A stretch of 64,000 nt of DNA, from the NCBI RefSeq assembly GCF_964355755.1, contig NC_092673.1, positions 11,938,948 to 12,002,947 on the forward strand, given 5' to 3'. The DNA comes from Antedon mediterranea (lineage: Eukaryota; Animalia; Echinodermata). The translations under genes and the position numbers were made by a program. Positions 13,504 to 41,663 of the stretch are shown piece after piece (the first letter of the stretch is position 1; each line of letters starts with the position of its first letter). The notes below the pieces were generated by a model, which worked only from the letters and a program-made list of their open reading frames with translations, was not told the origin of the DNA and made no database searches.

Positions 13504-15214
13504 GTGGGCTTGATTTTGAGATGAGATTACTTTTTTTGCAAACTACAAAGGGGGGGGGGGGGGGGGTTCTTCTTAACGAGGTTTTAGAGTAGTTTATTCA
13601 GAATTTGATTCGATAGATTTCGTAATAAACTGACAACGACACTAAGGTGTTACTGGTAGAAGAGGACCAATCAAAATATTATTTTTATAGGTCGAGTGTT
13701 AAGTACGTTTATAAAGCCTAAGTACTTATTTGCTGTTTAGGGCATACTTAAATAAAATTCCATTGAATTTTGACCGGTTGTGTTGAGTCGAGGAGGTTAA
13801 AGCGAACATGTTGATGCAATAACTTATTACGCATAAATCAAATTTTTAAATGTTAATGACATTTTTTAATGTTCTTTTAATTGAATTTTAATTATGAACT
13901 AACAGCAACTGAATGCAATTTTATTTAAATAAATTAATGCATGTGACCATTAAAAGCACCAGGACCCACTCTACCCTTCCAAATTCACTTTCTTTCTGCC
14001 ATTCCGGATGCTTTTTTTTTTTTTTGCAGTTCAATGACAATGAACTAGATATTACATCCTCTATTCTTATTCCATTGGATCAGTTCCATCTACTCCAATT
14101 TACAACTGCAACTTTAAATTATTGAATGTGCTGACGGTATTCATGCGAATGCCCTTCGTGGATCCTGATTTTTATGTTCTTTGTATAATGCTGTTCAACG
14201 ACTCAATATCATCGGTTCATATCGCCCAAGATTGGAAATATCGATATTCAGTTCCAACAACCAATTTCTTGTCACCAACACGGTTTTTTTACCAGAAGAT
14301 CTTGTAACAACACGCAATTGCTGAGGTAGCAGTTGAATTGACGTCAACTGGATTTCTCTAGCGCGTTTATATATATATCAATTAACAATATTGGTATCAA
14401 GAAAAACAATTTTGGATTAATAACGATCCTTACTGGTAGAAGAAAGTAGCCTAGCCCACTGGGTCATTCTTCGCAATGGTAGATCGAAATGAAAAAATGT
14501 AACAAAATGGCGTAAGGACTCAATGCTGGGGTCATTTGATCTTTCTTCTATATGATGTAAACGAATATATGTCCGTTGTCGAATCCACTGCCAACATGAT
14601 TTTAACCATCTTGGTCACAGCAATAGTTTCTCTGCTTCAACGCATCCAAATGTGTAGTTCTATTTAAATATGCTTACTCGTCGCGTTGGTGGTGTGAGCG
14701 GGCCTTTAAACGGATCTTATCTCAAAGAAGCGACGAATAAAAAAATTAAAAAAAAGTACATTAACAATATGAAGAAGACATCACTGAATTAGAAAAGCTC
14801 AGAAAAGATGACTATTTTTGTCAAACTGAAATAAAAATAGAGGTCCCATTCCAAGAAATTCCAAAAAGTAAAATACAGTTCAGACATTGGAAAGAAGTTG
14901 TTTTAGCAACCGAATAATTGATAACTGAATGTTCTAATTGTCACTCTCGTGAGTCGTCTTTTAAGAAGAGTGAGACCCTTAAATGATATTATTCAATGTG
15001 TTGCTTAACGGCTATGAATGAAACATTTCAATTTTTTTTCACTTTTTAATTCCTGTATTCTGTATGTGCGAACCCTAGCCTAACGCATTACATTGCGAGA
15101 CCCGGGGCACTACACCCATTCATCGTTCATCCATCCATGTATGGTATGGAGCTATCTAATTTTATACTAGCTCCATGGTGTTCATCCGACGACCTCACGT
15201 GACTTTCGCTGTTG

Positions 15215-18200
15215 TAGTAGAGCAGTTAACGCCATAAAAATGGCCAAGTTGTGCACTTTATTACCAAAGCATGAAACTTTCCACAAAGTTTCTTTGATGT
15301 ATATAGATTCGAAATATTGGGGGTGCCAAATGTCCAACGTCCGGTATGGCGGCCATCTTGATTTCAAAACGGCCCCCATAAAAACAAAAAGTGTTCATAT
15401 CTTGGCAACTATAAACAGTAGAGACTTGATTCTGGTGTTAAATTGTTCACAAACCACTTATTTCTATTTGCTCTAATGAAAAGTTTCGTCCAAAAATTAC
15501 CGGAAATGACGTTTCTTCCAGTTTGACCTTTGACCTCTTATCTGTATATCTCAGTAACTACTGATCATTTTCAATCGATTTTGGTGTCATTTTGTTCAGA
15601 ATAGAGACATTTATATTTGTAGTAATGAAACATTTTCACATAAAATTACTGGAAATACAATTTATAACCTTTGACATATATAATTATGTGAACATACTGT
15701 ATGTGGTTTAATTGGTATAAATGCACCTAATTTTTTTACCGAAATAAATGACACGGAATTATTATTCTGAATTGTTAACTTTTGATGTGATAGGATAGGC
15801 ATAAAGTAGCCTATGACAGATCACTGAGCTCATCTATGCCGACATGTTTGCTAAACTGTGATGTGTCAATCGTTTTTTCGTTGCATCTAAAAAATGTACT
15901 CCATTTTTATGGTAATGGGCCTTTGCTGTAAACCTTTCATCTGAATCCTTTTCCTCGATTTTCTCTAGTCATTGATTTTTTTAGCAAAATCCGAACTAAA
16001 TCAATTCTTAAAAGACATCTCAATATAATTATTCAAGTAATCCTCAAATTAGTGACATGGACCTACAATATACTGTTCTGTACAAGACCTGTTTAGGCAT
16101 CACCTGTGGACTTTCACTTTAAAGGTCTTGGTTTCCTAATCATACAAGAAACAATGTCTAATTTAATCAATCAAAGTAGTGGGTCCAGACAAAGAAGGGG
16201 GTGTAAGGCCACCAACAGACAAAGAAGGGGTTGTAAGACCATCCACATACAAAGAAGAGGGTATAAGACCCCCCACAGACAAAAAAGGGGGTGTAAGACC
16301 ATCCACAGACAAAGAAGGGGGTGTAAGACCATCCACAGACAAAGAAGGAGGTATAAGACCATCCACAGACAAAGAAAGGGGTGTAAGGCCATCTACAGAC
16401 AAAGAAGAAGATGTAGGACCGTCCACAGACAAAGAAGGGGGTATAAGACCATCCACTGACAAAAAAAGGGGTATAGGACCGTCCACAGACAAAGAAGGGG
16501 GTGCAAGACCATCCACTGACAAAGAAAGGGGTAGGACCACTTACAGACAAAGAAGAGGGAAATAAGGGGTGTAAGATCATCCACAGACAAAGAAGGGGGT
16601 GTAGGACCATCCACAGACAAAGAAGGGGAGAAGACCATCCACAGACAAAGAAGGGGATATAAAACCATCCACAGACAAAGAAGGGAGTATAAGACCATCC
16701 ACAGACAAAGAAGGGGGTGTAAGACCATCCACAGACAAATTAAAGGAGTGCAAGACCATCCATACACAAAGAAAGGGGTGTATAAGACCATCCACATACA
16801 AAAAGGGGTGTAATATCATCAACGGACAAAGAAAGGGGTGTAATACCATCAACAGACAAAGAAGGGGTATAAGATCACCCACAGGCACAGAAGGGGTATA
16901 AGACCGTCCACAGAAAAAGAAAGGGGTGTAAGACCATCCACAGACAAAGAAGGGGGGTGTAGAACCGTCCACAGACAAAGAAGGGGGTGTAATACCATCC
17001 ACCACTGACAAAGAAATGGGTATAGGACCACTTACAGACAAAGAAGGGGTATAAGACCATCCACAGACAAAAAGGAGGTGTAGGATCATCGGACCATCCA
17101 CAGACAAAGAAGGGGTATAAGACCATCCACAGACAAAAAGGAGGTGTAGGATCATCGGACCATCCACAGACAAAGAAGGGGATGTAAGAATATCCACATA
17201 CAAAGAAGGGATTATAAGACCATTTACAGTCAAAGACAGGGGTGTAAGACCATCCACACACAAAGAAAGGGATTTAATAATATCAAAAGACAAAGAAAGG
17301 GATGTAATACCATCAACAGACACAGAAGGGTGTATAAGACCATCCACAGACAAAGAAAGGGGTATAAGACCGTCCACAGACAAAGAAAGGGGTGTAAGAC
17401 CATCCACAGACAAAGAAGGGGGTGTAGAACCGTCCACAGACAAAGATGGGGGTGTAAGACCATCCACCACTGACAAAGAAAGGGGTATAGGACCACTTAC
17501 AGACAAAGAAGGGGTATAAGACCATCCACAGACAAAAAAGGAGGTGTAGGACCATCGGACCATCCACAGACAAAGAAGGGGATGTAAGACCACCCACAGA
17601 CAAAGAAGGGGTGTAAGACCATCCACATACAAAGAAGGGATTATAAGACCATCTACAGACAAAGACAGGGGTGTAAGACCATCCACACACAAAGAAAGGG
17701 GTTTAATACCATCAACAGACAAAGAAAGGGGTGTAATACCATCAACAGACACAGAAGGGGGTATAAGACCATCCACAGACAAAGAAAGAGGTATAGACCG
17801 TCCACAGACAAAGAAAGGGGTGTAAGACCATCCATAGACAAAGAAGGGGGCATAAGACTATCCACAGACAAAGAAGGGGGTGTAGGACCATCCACAGAAA
17901 AAGAAGGGGGTGTAGGATCATCCACAGACAAAGAAGGGAGTGTAGGACCATACACAGACAAAGGGGAGTAAGACCATCTACAGACAAAGAAATGGGTGTA
18001 AGACCATCCACACATAAAGAAAGGGGTGTAATAATACCATCAACAGACACAGAAGCGGGTATAAGACCATCCACAGACAAAGAATGGGGTATAAGACCAT
18101 CTACAGACAAAGAAGGAGGGTTAGGACCATATTAACCGAGGAAGCATACAAAAATAAGATGCAATCAAAATAGGCCTACCACTTGGAAAACAATAAATTG

Positions 18201-19060
18201 TAGAATAACTGTGGCTTAATTGTTGAAATAGAAAGGGTTCTTTGTAAGGTCATTAATAATATATTGATATAAACACGATCATCATACTATTCAATTGACA
18301 ATCAAATACAGTCTGTCTCGAAAAGAAGCTCATACTATCACCTTTTCGAGGTTTTACAGTATTCAATAACATGTATGTTATTTCCTCTGTCAAACTATTA
18401 AAACTTTTAGCGAATCAGAAGGTGCCAACATCATTGAACTAATGGTACCACCAAGCACAATGTTTACCAATTTTATGTACTATATACAATTTAAGTCCAT
18501 TAATCATTTAATATAATTACGCCTATCAGGTTAAAGTTCAAAATTAGGTGCACTTTAGACCAACAAAAACCACCTACAGTATATTCACATAATTAAAAAT
18601 CAATAAATTAATGTCAAAGGTCATAAATTGTATTTCCGGTCATTTTATATGAAAATGTTTCATTACTACAAATATAAATGTATTTATTCTGAACAAAATG
18701 ACACCACAATCGATTGAAAATGACCAGTAGTTACAGAGATATACAAATACGAGGTCAAAGGTCAAACTGTAAGAAATGTCATTTCCGGTCATTTTTTGAC
18801 GAAACTTTTCATTAGAGCAAATAGAAATATATAGTTTGTGAACAATTTGAGACCAGAATTAAGTCTCTAATGTGTATAGTTGCCAAGATATGAACATTTT
18901 TTGTTTTTATGGTGGCCATTTTGAAATCAAGATGGCCGCCATACCGGACGTTGGACACTTGGCACCCGCTGATATTTTGAATATACATCAAAGAAACTTT
19001 GTGCCAAGTTTCATGCTTTGGTAATAAAATGCACAGCTCATGTCATTAACTGCTCTACTG
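15215..19060. mobile_element. Non-autonomous long-TIR (foldback-like) DNA element with ~520-bp inverted arms enclosing a minisatellite
   Basis: 15215-~15735 is the reverse complement of ~18540-19060, e.g. TGTCCAACGTCCGGTATGGCGGCCATCTTGATTTCAAAA vs TTTTGAAATCAAGATGGCCGCCATACCGGACGTTGGACA. The termini read (C/T)AGTAGAGCAGTTAA and the right end is followed by TA. No transposase is present. Confidence 0.8.
16183..18130. repeat. ~30-bp minisatellite, about 60-65 copies
   Basis: Consensus GACCATCCACAGACAAAGAAGGGGGTGTAA with 1-bp indels. A higher-order block repeats (~17000-17115 vs ~17465-17580). Confidence 0.97.
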
Positions 19061-19084
19061 TACAGAGTAGTACTGTTGACACGC

Positions 19085-19281
19085 TAGTTTTAATAGAGGG
19101 TCATAAATTTGATGACGTCATTAGAGCCGATCGACGACTTTTCTTTTTCGTACGTACGTACGTGATGATGAGGCTACCACCACTCGTCGATCTAGCTGCT
19201 GCTGATGAGATCGCCGGCCATCTTTCCATACACACAGTAGTACCTCCCTCTTCTGTAATTGTTTTTGCGAGCTTCAAAAAG
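19085..19281 (+). promoter_or_regulatory. Probable Rab14 promoter and non-coding first exon
   Basis: CpG-rich patch with a full CRE TGACGTCA (19113-19120), a YY1-like GGCCATCTT and a strong donor AAG|GTAAGA at 19281. The first coding exon has an acceptor only 8 nt before the ATG, so an upstream exon is required. Confidence 0.65.
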
Positions 19282-21225
19282 GTAAGAAATTTGCCCTAAT
19301 ATGTGAGGTATTAGATGATTATGGTAAATTTAGTTTTAAGGAAATTGTTATTTATATAATTAGGTCTAAGCTTAGCCTCCTTCAGGCTAGACGCTAGGCC
19401 TAGCCTAGCCTGCTACTCATTCGTTTTATTTAAATAATTATAAATTAGTAGACCTAGCGTAGGCCTAGCCCTAGGCCTAGGCCTACTCTAGCCTAGATAT
19501 TAGGCCAAGCTAAATAAAATAGGCCTACTGGCCTACACCCTGTAGGCTACCTATTCCTGGCTATCCTAGGCCTCTAGCCTACTATTAGCCTAGGATAGCT
19601 AGGCAGGCCTTGCTAGAATTGTTCTAGGGCCTAGGCCTAGCCTACCTAGCCTAATAGTAGGTACTGGTAGGGATTACTATTAGGCCAAGTTGAGCCGCCG
19701 CCAGAACAACATTATTTTCTACCCCTATGTTATGTTATGTAGGCCTATTAGTTAATATCACAGTTTTTAGTATATATTATTAAATATTACAATTAAAAAA
19801 AATAATTATGAAACTCTGACTTCTTATAGTTTCCGCAATATAAGGTCTAAAACATCGCTGAAAATGATAATTTTTTAGCCAAAAACGACGTAAACATGTT
19901 GCCCCTCAGTCGGCAGTCATATGAACTACACCATTTTTCGGTAAAATAATTACATAAAATAACGTTTTTTGTGTTTTGTGTATTAACATTGTAAAATTCA
20001 ATAAAATATGATATTAAATGATTAGTAAATAAAAAATAATATTTATTTAACCTCATTCAAAGAATTTCAATACTTTATTAGTTCTGAGAGACAACGTGAC
20101 TTCACATGGTACATGCAAGAAAAATATCATGCAGTGCACTGAATTTTTAACTTTAAAGATTTAAAAACAATTAAATTATTAAATATTATGTTAAACAACT
20201 TTCCTTTGTTAGTGTTAGGCAGTTCAAACCAACAACATTCTAGTATGTAATTATATATTATTTAATTTTATAACACAATAAACCTAAAGACCATGAACTT
20301 ATGTACTACGCATAGTAATCACTACGGGAATTGTCGTAAAAGATGCACTGGGCGTTTCATAGAAATCACCGTCGGCTCAACTTGTGGGCGGCCAAACCGC
20401 TCATATGTCGTAGGTAGGCCGGTCCCAAACATGCTGCAAAGGATAAAATTGCGAATTCTGGAGCTTGTGTGAAAAAATTTACTGGATGACCCAATGGTCA
20501 TACCCAAGAATTAATCTTTACTAATGCTTTTAGCCCTAACCTAGAGGCCTATGTTGAAAATAATCAATTTTGATAGTAATAATTGGTCTAATAATTGTAC
20601 AATATTCCTGTTTTATTGTTGTCCATGTATACTAAGCCTGGCGCTAGTTTCATTCGCTTGTATTTTGACACTAAATTTGATAACTAACTTTATCATTTGA
20701 ATACCACACCTTAGAAAAAGTAAGTACATAAGTACTATTATAAAGAAGAATAACATTAAAAAGTAGCAAATAAATCCTTAAATTAATGATTTTACAGACG
20801 TGTTTATCGCACACTGTTCGCAAATTTCACATATTGTTCAATATTTTTGTATATATTTTTCTATGGAGTGGCAAAAGAGCAAAGATAATAGAGGACTAAA
20901 CTCAGTGGAATGCGTTAATTTCTAATGCATTTATTGGTGAAATACACGTTTAATTACAGTATTTTTGGTTAATCTATTGTTACAACTGGTAGAATATAAT
21001 AATCGATCCTAAATCAACATCACTACCTAGCCTAGACCTAGGGCAATATATTGAGGATAATATTATGAATTTTTCGATTTTATTGAATAATTTATTGTTA
21101 ATGAAATTTTGTACAGTATCAACAGTAACATTTTTTCTTATTGACAGTGAAAAATTTGATGTGCATGAAATGTGACAAAAAATTATATTATACAAAATAC
21201 TCACAAAATGAAAACAAAATATATA

Positions 21226-22030
21226 CCGTATATTTCGGTGTATAAGTCGCACTTTTGACACGCAAATTTGACCTCTAAATTAAGGGTGCGTCTTATACAC
21301 CGAACATAAATGCCTCACCACACAGATTGTACATAGGCCTAGTTTAGGCTATCGTCACCTCGTTTGCTAGGCCTGAGTAGGCTAGGCCTAGCTAAAGTAA
21401 CTAACGTAACGGCAACCTGCTTCTGCCTAGTTTTCAAGGCATTTTAGCATGATGTTATACTAAAAATATGATGAAAAGATTTGTTCATTATGGCGATAAA
21501 ATTTAATTTGTAAACGTTTACGTACGATTGGAATAGTATTTATTTATACAGTAGTTATACGCACAATCGCCGTACCCCCAGCGCAAGCCCTTCTTGTCGG
21601 CCACATGGTGTACGGTATTCGACTAGTATATTCTCCAGGTGATTATAGCATGGACCTAGCGTATACACTTCTTAGATACATGGATACTAATCGAATACGA
21701 TTGTCCGTGAAAACGTCCGCCCTCTCGAAATGATCGAGCGAGGCTAGCACACATGTACGTGTATACACACATGGTCATGCACTCGATGTTGCGGCTGTTG
21801 AGGCTGGGCGCGGCCGAGCCTAGGTAAGAAAAAACCTAAATAAAGGACGCCGTTGCAGATATAACAAAATATATTATTACAATAATATTGATTACAATTT
21901 AAAAAAACATTGTTTTGATGAAATATAAGGTGCGTCTTATACACCGACGATATAAAAAATACCGATATTTTACTCTCAGTTAGGGGGTGCGTCTTATACA
22001 CAGGTGCGACTTATACACCGAAATATACGG
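21226..22030. mobile_element. pogo/Tigger-like (Tc1/mariner superfamily) MITE
   Basis: Perfect TIRs CCGTATATTTCGGTGTATAAGTCGCAC with TA on both sides, plus subterminal GTGCGTCTTATACAC repeats. Confidence 0.9.
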
Positions 22031-23974
22031 TAACAATTGTGTGAGTGAAAATAAATTTGAAAATATAACCGTTTTTTGAAGCACACTGTACGAAACGCGA
22101 CGGGCGTGTTGAATCTAAACAATACAACGTAAAATCGTCTAAAATCCATCATTATTTGTAATAATCACTATTGTGAAGCTTGTATACTATCCAACAAATT
22201 TAAATAATAAATAATAAAGATTATTTATCAGTTTTCAGTTTCTAAATCGTCATATTTCCATGTAAAAATGTAATACCAGCGAAAAGTCATGCCTGTGTCT
22301 TCCAGAGGGCCACACCATGTTGTTTACCTTTGATCTGTAATATTAACATGTCAGATGCATAATATATTTTTCAAACTCTGCGCAAAGGTCAGTTTGTTGA
22401 AGCTTAGCTTTTGACAATTTTAATACCCAAAATTACCTTGGAACAAGCTGCTTTAATGCAGGCAATAAGTTCTTTATTTGTTAAGGAACTTAAAAAAAGT
22501 AAGCTATCTTCTTGTGTCTGCTATTTCAACAGCAATTTATAAGTCTATTATTATGCTGCAATTCCTTGCATCTTTTTATCAAAATATACTAAGCATACAA
22601 TATTGTCCTTACCGCCCATGAGATTCATTTGAAATGGTGTACGGCAGCATTGCGGCCATCACATGTGCTGCACGCTGTCTCGATATTGCTACTCGAGAAT
22701 GACCAAATTGTCACGTACTGTAGGAAAATGGTCGAGGATTCAGTTGCAATAAAATTTGTCTAAAAAATACATTTTTCGTAAAATTTTCCGTTCTAATAAA
22801 GACTAATCGATAAAGGGGAATAAAAAGGTGCCCCAGCTCGAATGGCGTTGGTATCGTACTTGCGATTTAAGAGGAGATGGAGGACCAAATTTTGGCTTAG
22901 TGTTATTAATTATATTATAGATATCTTCTCCTGGTGAGGGACTCATGGTAATTCATCTGAATATGAGAATTGAGAATTAATAAGATATTATAATTCACAG
23001 CGCATGATTTATAATCCATCGAATTGTTTCACTTAACATGGTTTAGGAGGTACTGCACAATTTTTTAATTTATGGTGACCTGAAATTCCCTTAAAACGCT
23101 GTTATTTCAGTTGGTTACGCTTGGCTGGCCACGACTGTTTGTTATCTCACTGCAAGATGGCTTCCGTAGTACGAAAATCGTCTGTTTGAATTTAAACTTG
23201 AATGTATAAAAACAGGGCGGCGTACATATTGAAATGTTTTCGCAATGGTGCACAGTGGACATGCTGTCCAGATTGATGATAGCGTTGATCTGAGGTACAC
23301 AAAATTTACATTTGAAATAAATCAGTATGGGCATGGTCGCTGGGTCGACAATGACTTTTATTTTTAACTGTTATTGTATATTGCATGCTCAAGCGACGAT
23401 GACCTGCTGAAAAAGTATACCACCAGTTGTTATACGTTACGCCGCTGTACGTATAGCCATTCCCATATTATAATATGTAGTTTGGTCTAATAAAATATGA
23501 TGGCTGGTGACCTCCCAACAACCCCCCACCTCCTATTTTAAAAACTTATTATAAAAGCTAAGGTAAAATTTAGACCGTCCATGTGTTACAGTAAGACGTC
23601 ACCATATTTGATTTTTATCTCTTTCGGCAGTTCGTCACATTTAATAGAGCGCATATCGTGTAAACATAATCAATTTTCTTCTAATTTTCAATATGTTATT
23701 ACTCAAACAAGAATATTTTTTTTCTCTTTGTTGTGCCTTTTGTTTCATTTTATTTGTCAATTAGACGAAAGAAAGAAGTGTTTTTTTTCTCTCACTTAAA
23801 TTAAATAATTAAATCTATATTTATTTATCTAGGACCAAACGTAATACCTAATGCGTCCTCCTCACACAATTATATTTATTAATTTATGTTCTGTATTATA
23901 TTGTATATTGTATTGTGTGAAACAATAAACTTGAACTCTTTAAGAGATCTAGAATATCCTAATATTTTGTATAA

Positions 23975-37842
<13,868 letters not shown>

Positions 37843-40800
37843 CATCATGTAAAAATACATACACAGTTGTAAATTTATTACTGCAATTTTATCCAAATTA
37901 ATTTGAATAACATCAATGCTATAATCTTAGTAAAATGTTTGAAGTATATGTACACCTGCATTGTTTGTTAATGAAATTCCTTTTTTATAGTGTAAGGAAT
38001 TATACCATTGTTTATAACCATTATTAGATAAATGCCAGTGTCAAACTATGATATACTGTATATCTATTAGTAAACTTGCCTTCTGGCTTGTCTAAACACA
38101 GTACAAGAATATTTATTATCCTCTGTAATACTTGTTTCCAAATATTGTCATTACTTTATGTTATGCAACTATAATAAATTGTAATTAGAATTTTGGGTTT
38201 AAAATTTGTATTTATATTAAACCATTTGCTACCAAATTGATAACCCAAATAAATGATATTGTCAGGCACCAGCCACCTGACTGACCATACCTGCTCTACC
38301 TTTTTAAAAGATGATGCTGAAGTATTGTATTATCAATTTGGTAACAAATAATTTGATATATTAGTACGGAGTAGAATTGTGTAACTGGATTTAGGCTCGT
38401 TGCTAGTTGAATGTCTATCCTGTCCCGAATGAGCTATTGGTTTGCACAACAAATGCCTAAGACAATCATCTATGGTAAACCTATAAAATATAACCTAATT
38501 TGATATTCTTTTTCTGAAATACTTTATATCAAACAAAACAGCCCTAGGGTCATAATGATGTGAACAACATTTCTTTTAACCTACTTTGAATACAACAGAT
38601 ATTTCCAACTTTGAGTTGTCTGTTGTAAATGTAAATTTCACCAGATACTCTGTGACAAATTAATTTAGAGAAATCAACATTATTTACCAACCTATGATTA
38701 TTATTTTACCGATAATTATTATAAGATCTAGTAATTTGTAAAAACATCTATTGTTAAGTAAATTCATGTTGTGTAAACCTAAACAATTTGGTATCTATTT
38801 TGGCTGACAAATAGATTGGTACACTTGGACATATAGGTCCATGATACTATGCAGTATTACAAAACCCAAGTATGACGATCAGTGGCCAAATTGTGAAAAG
38901 CAAGATTAAATAAAAACAATGTGTGAATGCCACTGAACTGATTGGCCATTTGAAATAAGTAGCTATTGCCAATTCCATAGCTAATAGATTCGGTCAATTG
39001 ATACTTGTTAACAGTACAGTGCAACATTTAACTATTCTGGAAACGTTCACATTGGATAGAATCCATTTCATGTTCAGATCTTTCTTGTACAGTAAATGGA
39101 ATACCAATCGGTCGTTTCCTATGTAATCATACAGTGGTTGTGGCGGATCCAGTATTAGTGTTATAGATACTAAACAATATATACTATTGTTATTGAAATC
39201 TGATATTTAGAATAAATTATGTTTAAATTTCATCAAAATTTAATTATACTAGGGTATAAAAGAAAATGAGATTATCGTGGTGGGGAGTACAAGTTAGGCT
39301 ATAAATGTTTTCATTAATATTCTCTGTTATGCTCATTATTCAGAAAAAAGGTAGATAGATACACATGTAAATTGGAATTGCATTGAATAACCTGTTGTTA
39401 TATACAAGATGTATGTTATGTATTGATTATAAATATTCTTGGTAAAAGAGGAATTATGCTTGATTATATTCAAACATTGTGGTTTTGTTTTATCAAATTG
39501 AATTTACAATATATTTTGTTTGTGGCTGGTTATCTTTTGGTGAATAAGTGAATGAATATTTGCATGTAAAAGTGTTGTGTATGGGATCAATGGAAATGGA
39601 CATTCCTGTAAAGTATTTTATGATATTAGCTAGTGTTTTTTTTAAAATACTTATTGCATTTTAAAGTTACAATAATTATTAATTTGTTGTTATAAAATGT
39701 CACAAGTAACAAGCTGCTGCAAATCATTATTGGCTACAGGTTCTTTTATCTTAATATTTGGTCATATTTATTTTAATAAACACCCCAATTGTTCAGGGGT
39801 TTTGTAGCAACAACTTTATTCTAAGGAGGCATTTATTCAATGGGGGCTTTTTTTTGGGTAAAATGGTATTCATTATACTCAAATACTACTTAGATATGAA
39901 AAACTACAAAGCAATATCAAATTGATATGTTGTTTACTAATTAATATTACTTCTTGGAATTTGTTGACATTTCTTTCTGTGTATAATTTTTTGTTGCTAC
40001 TAGTACTGTGATCATTGATTTCTACTTTCTACTGTTTTTTTTATGAACTATTGATTGTTTCATATTATTCCATTGGAACTGTGTACTTTTACGAACTTTA
40101 GTGGAGAAATGTACATTTGAAATCTGTATTATTATTATTATTATTATAGTATTGACTTTGAAGTTGTCTATTCTAATACCAGTGGCCATATTCACCATTC
40201 ACACTAAGCCTAAGGGAAACAAAAATCTCCTATCTAAGTGAATACAATTTAAATATTTACTTAATATTTAAGGAAACTATCTCACTTAAGTGTAGTTGGT
40301 GAATACGGCGACTGGTTTTGATTATTGTCAGAGACTAGGAGGAATCCACTTTTAATCAATAATGTAAAATATTGTTTTCATTACTAACAGTTGTAACATT
40401 CCAATAGTTATCCCTTATATATGGCATTTTTGGTTTTAGATCTTTTTTTCTATCTTATTGATATTGGGTATTATTGCTATTATTTTTGTAGAAATTAACC
40501 TCATAAAACTACTTGTTTACTGTATTCATCTCATTAAAGACAATTTACAAACAGCAATAGAGAACGGAAACTCTACATTTTAGGGGAGTCTGTGGCTATT
40601 ATTCACCATTCACCCTTCCTACTCTTAAACGTTTTCCGTCAATCACATGATTGTTTCCATTTGAGGATTGTTTGTTATTGTGTTGATATTCACAAATTAA
40701 AATTTAGAAGATAGATATTACTTAATAGTAAGTATGGTAAGTGAAATATTTAAGTAGTAATAGTAACTGTGTCATGGATCTATAATATAGGTCCATGGTA

Positions 40801-41275
40801 TAGTTGTTGTAGCTTTCTTGGCCTTTGAATTATTTTCAGATGTGTTCGTCTAAACAATCCTGCTGGATCCGCCACTTCAGTTGATTTAAATTATACATAT
40901 TTAAACTTAGCCAATCTATGAAGGGTTATTTTTATCTACCAAGTACACCACACAACCAGTATGTAGAGTTAGTAGGTTGAAATACCTAATTATTATAGGT
41001 TTATATAATTTAAATAGGTAAATATAATTATTAATCATTAATATAATATAATTATATCATTGTTGTAACAAAGAACTGTATAATATAGGATGTTTTTAAG
41101 TATACTGCATCTTCACATACAATATAATTGTTTTAAATATTTTTATGGAAAGTGGTATAGTGATATGAAGGCGCAATAACAATGATCAGAAATGGTAAAT
41201 CATGTTCTTTCTATTTCATTGTACAGTAATAACAATGCCGTAATATAATAAATAAAATTGTAAATGTAAAGGTTT
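37843..41275 (+). other. Putative long Rab14 3'UTR with a distal polyadenylation signal
   Basis: U-rich and poor in young repeats, with AATAAA at 41251 followed by a T-rich tract. The true end is unverified. Confidence 0.4.
40178..40316. mobile_element. Short palindromic MITE relic
   Basis: ACCAGTGGCCATATTCACCA ... TGGTGAATACGGCGACTGGT inverted pair. Confidence 0.55.
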
Positions 41276-41663
41276 TTTTTTCCTTTTTTGCCCACAAGTA
41301 GTGTTGATAGAATTGATTATTACTGTATCTATTAAATCTGATCTGAATTTGTTCATACCTAATCAGCTGATCAGCAAACTATTTGTAAATATTTCGCCAC
41401 GAATAATTTATCAAATACAAAATAATAATAATTTTTAGAACCTAAAATCACATATGTACAAACAATAAAGGCACCTTTATAAGAAAAAGTTGCATAAGTA
41501 CACAATAAATTGGCCTACTATTGAATTCAATCAGTTTTGCAAACATAGGCCATACTACTACTAGGCCATTTTTAAAAATGAAATACATTTATGAAATACA
41601 TTACAGAGTCATTAACCAGTAACAACAGTGATACATTTAAAAGTAATTTGGATATCCAATTAT

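Noticed and set aside
13549-13566. Long poly-G run as a G-quadruplex element
   Set aside because: It is a simple homopolymer with no supporting context, and its length may be a sequencing artefact.
14030-14330. Possible RTE/CR1 RT remnant on the minus strand (DDIESLNSIIQR..KGIRMN)
   Set aside because: There are too many stops and the similarity is too weak to call without a search.
16106-18110. Protamine-like RQRRGCKTIH and PSLSVDGL repeat ORFs
   Set aside because: They are by-products of a 30-bp minisatellite. Frames are open on both strands and are repeatedly broken by 1-bp indels.
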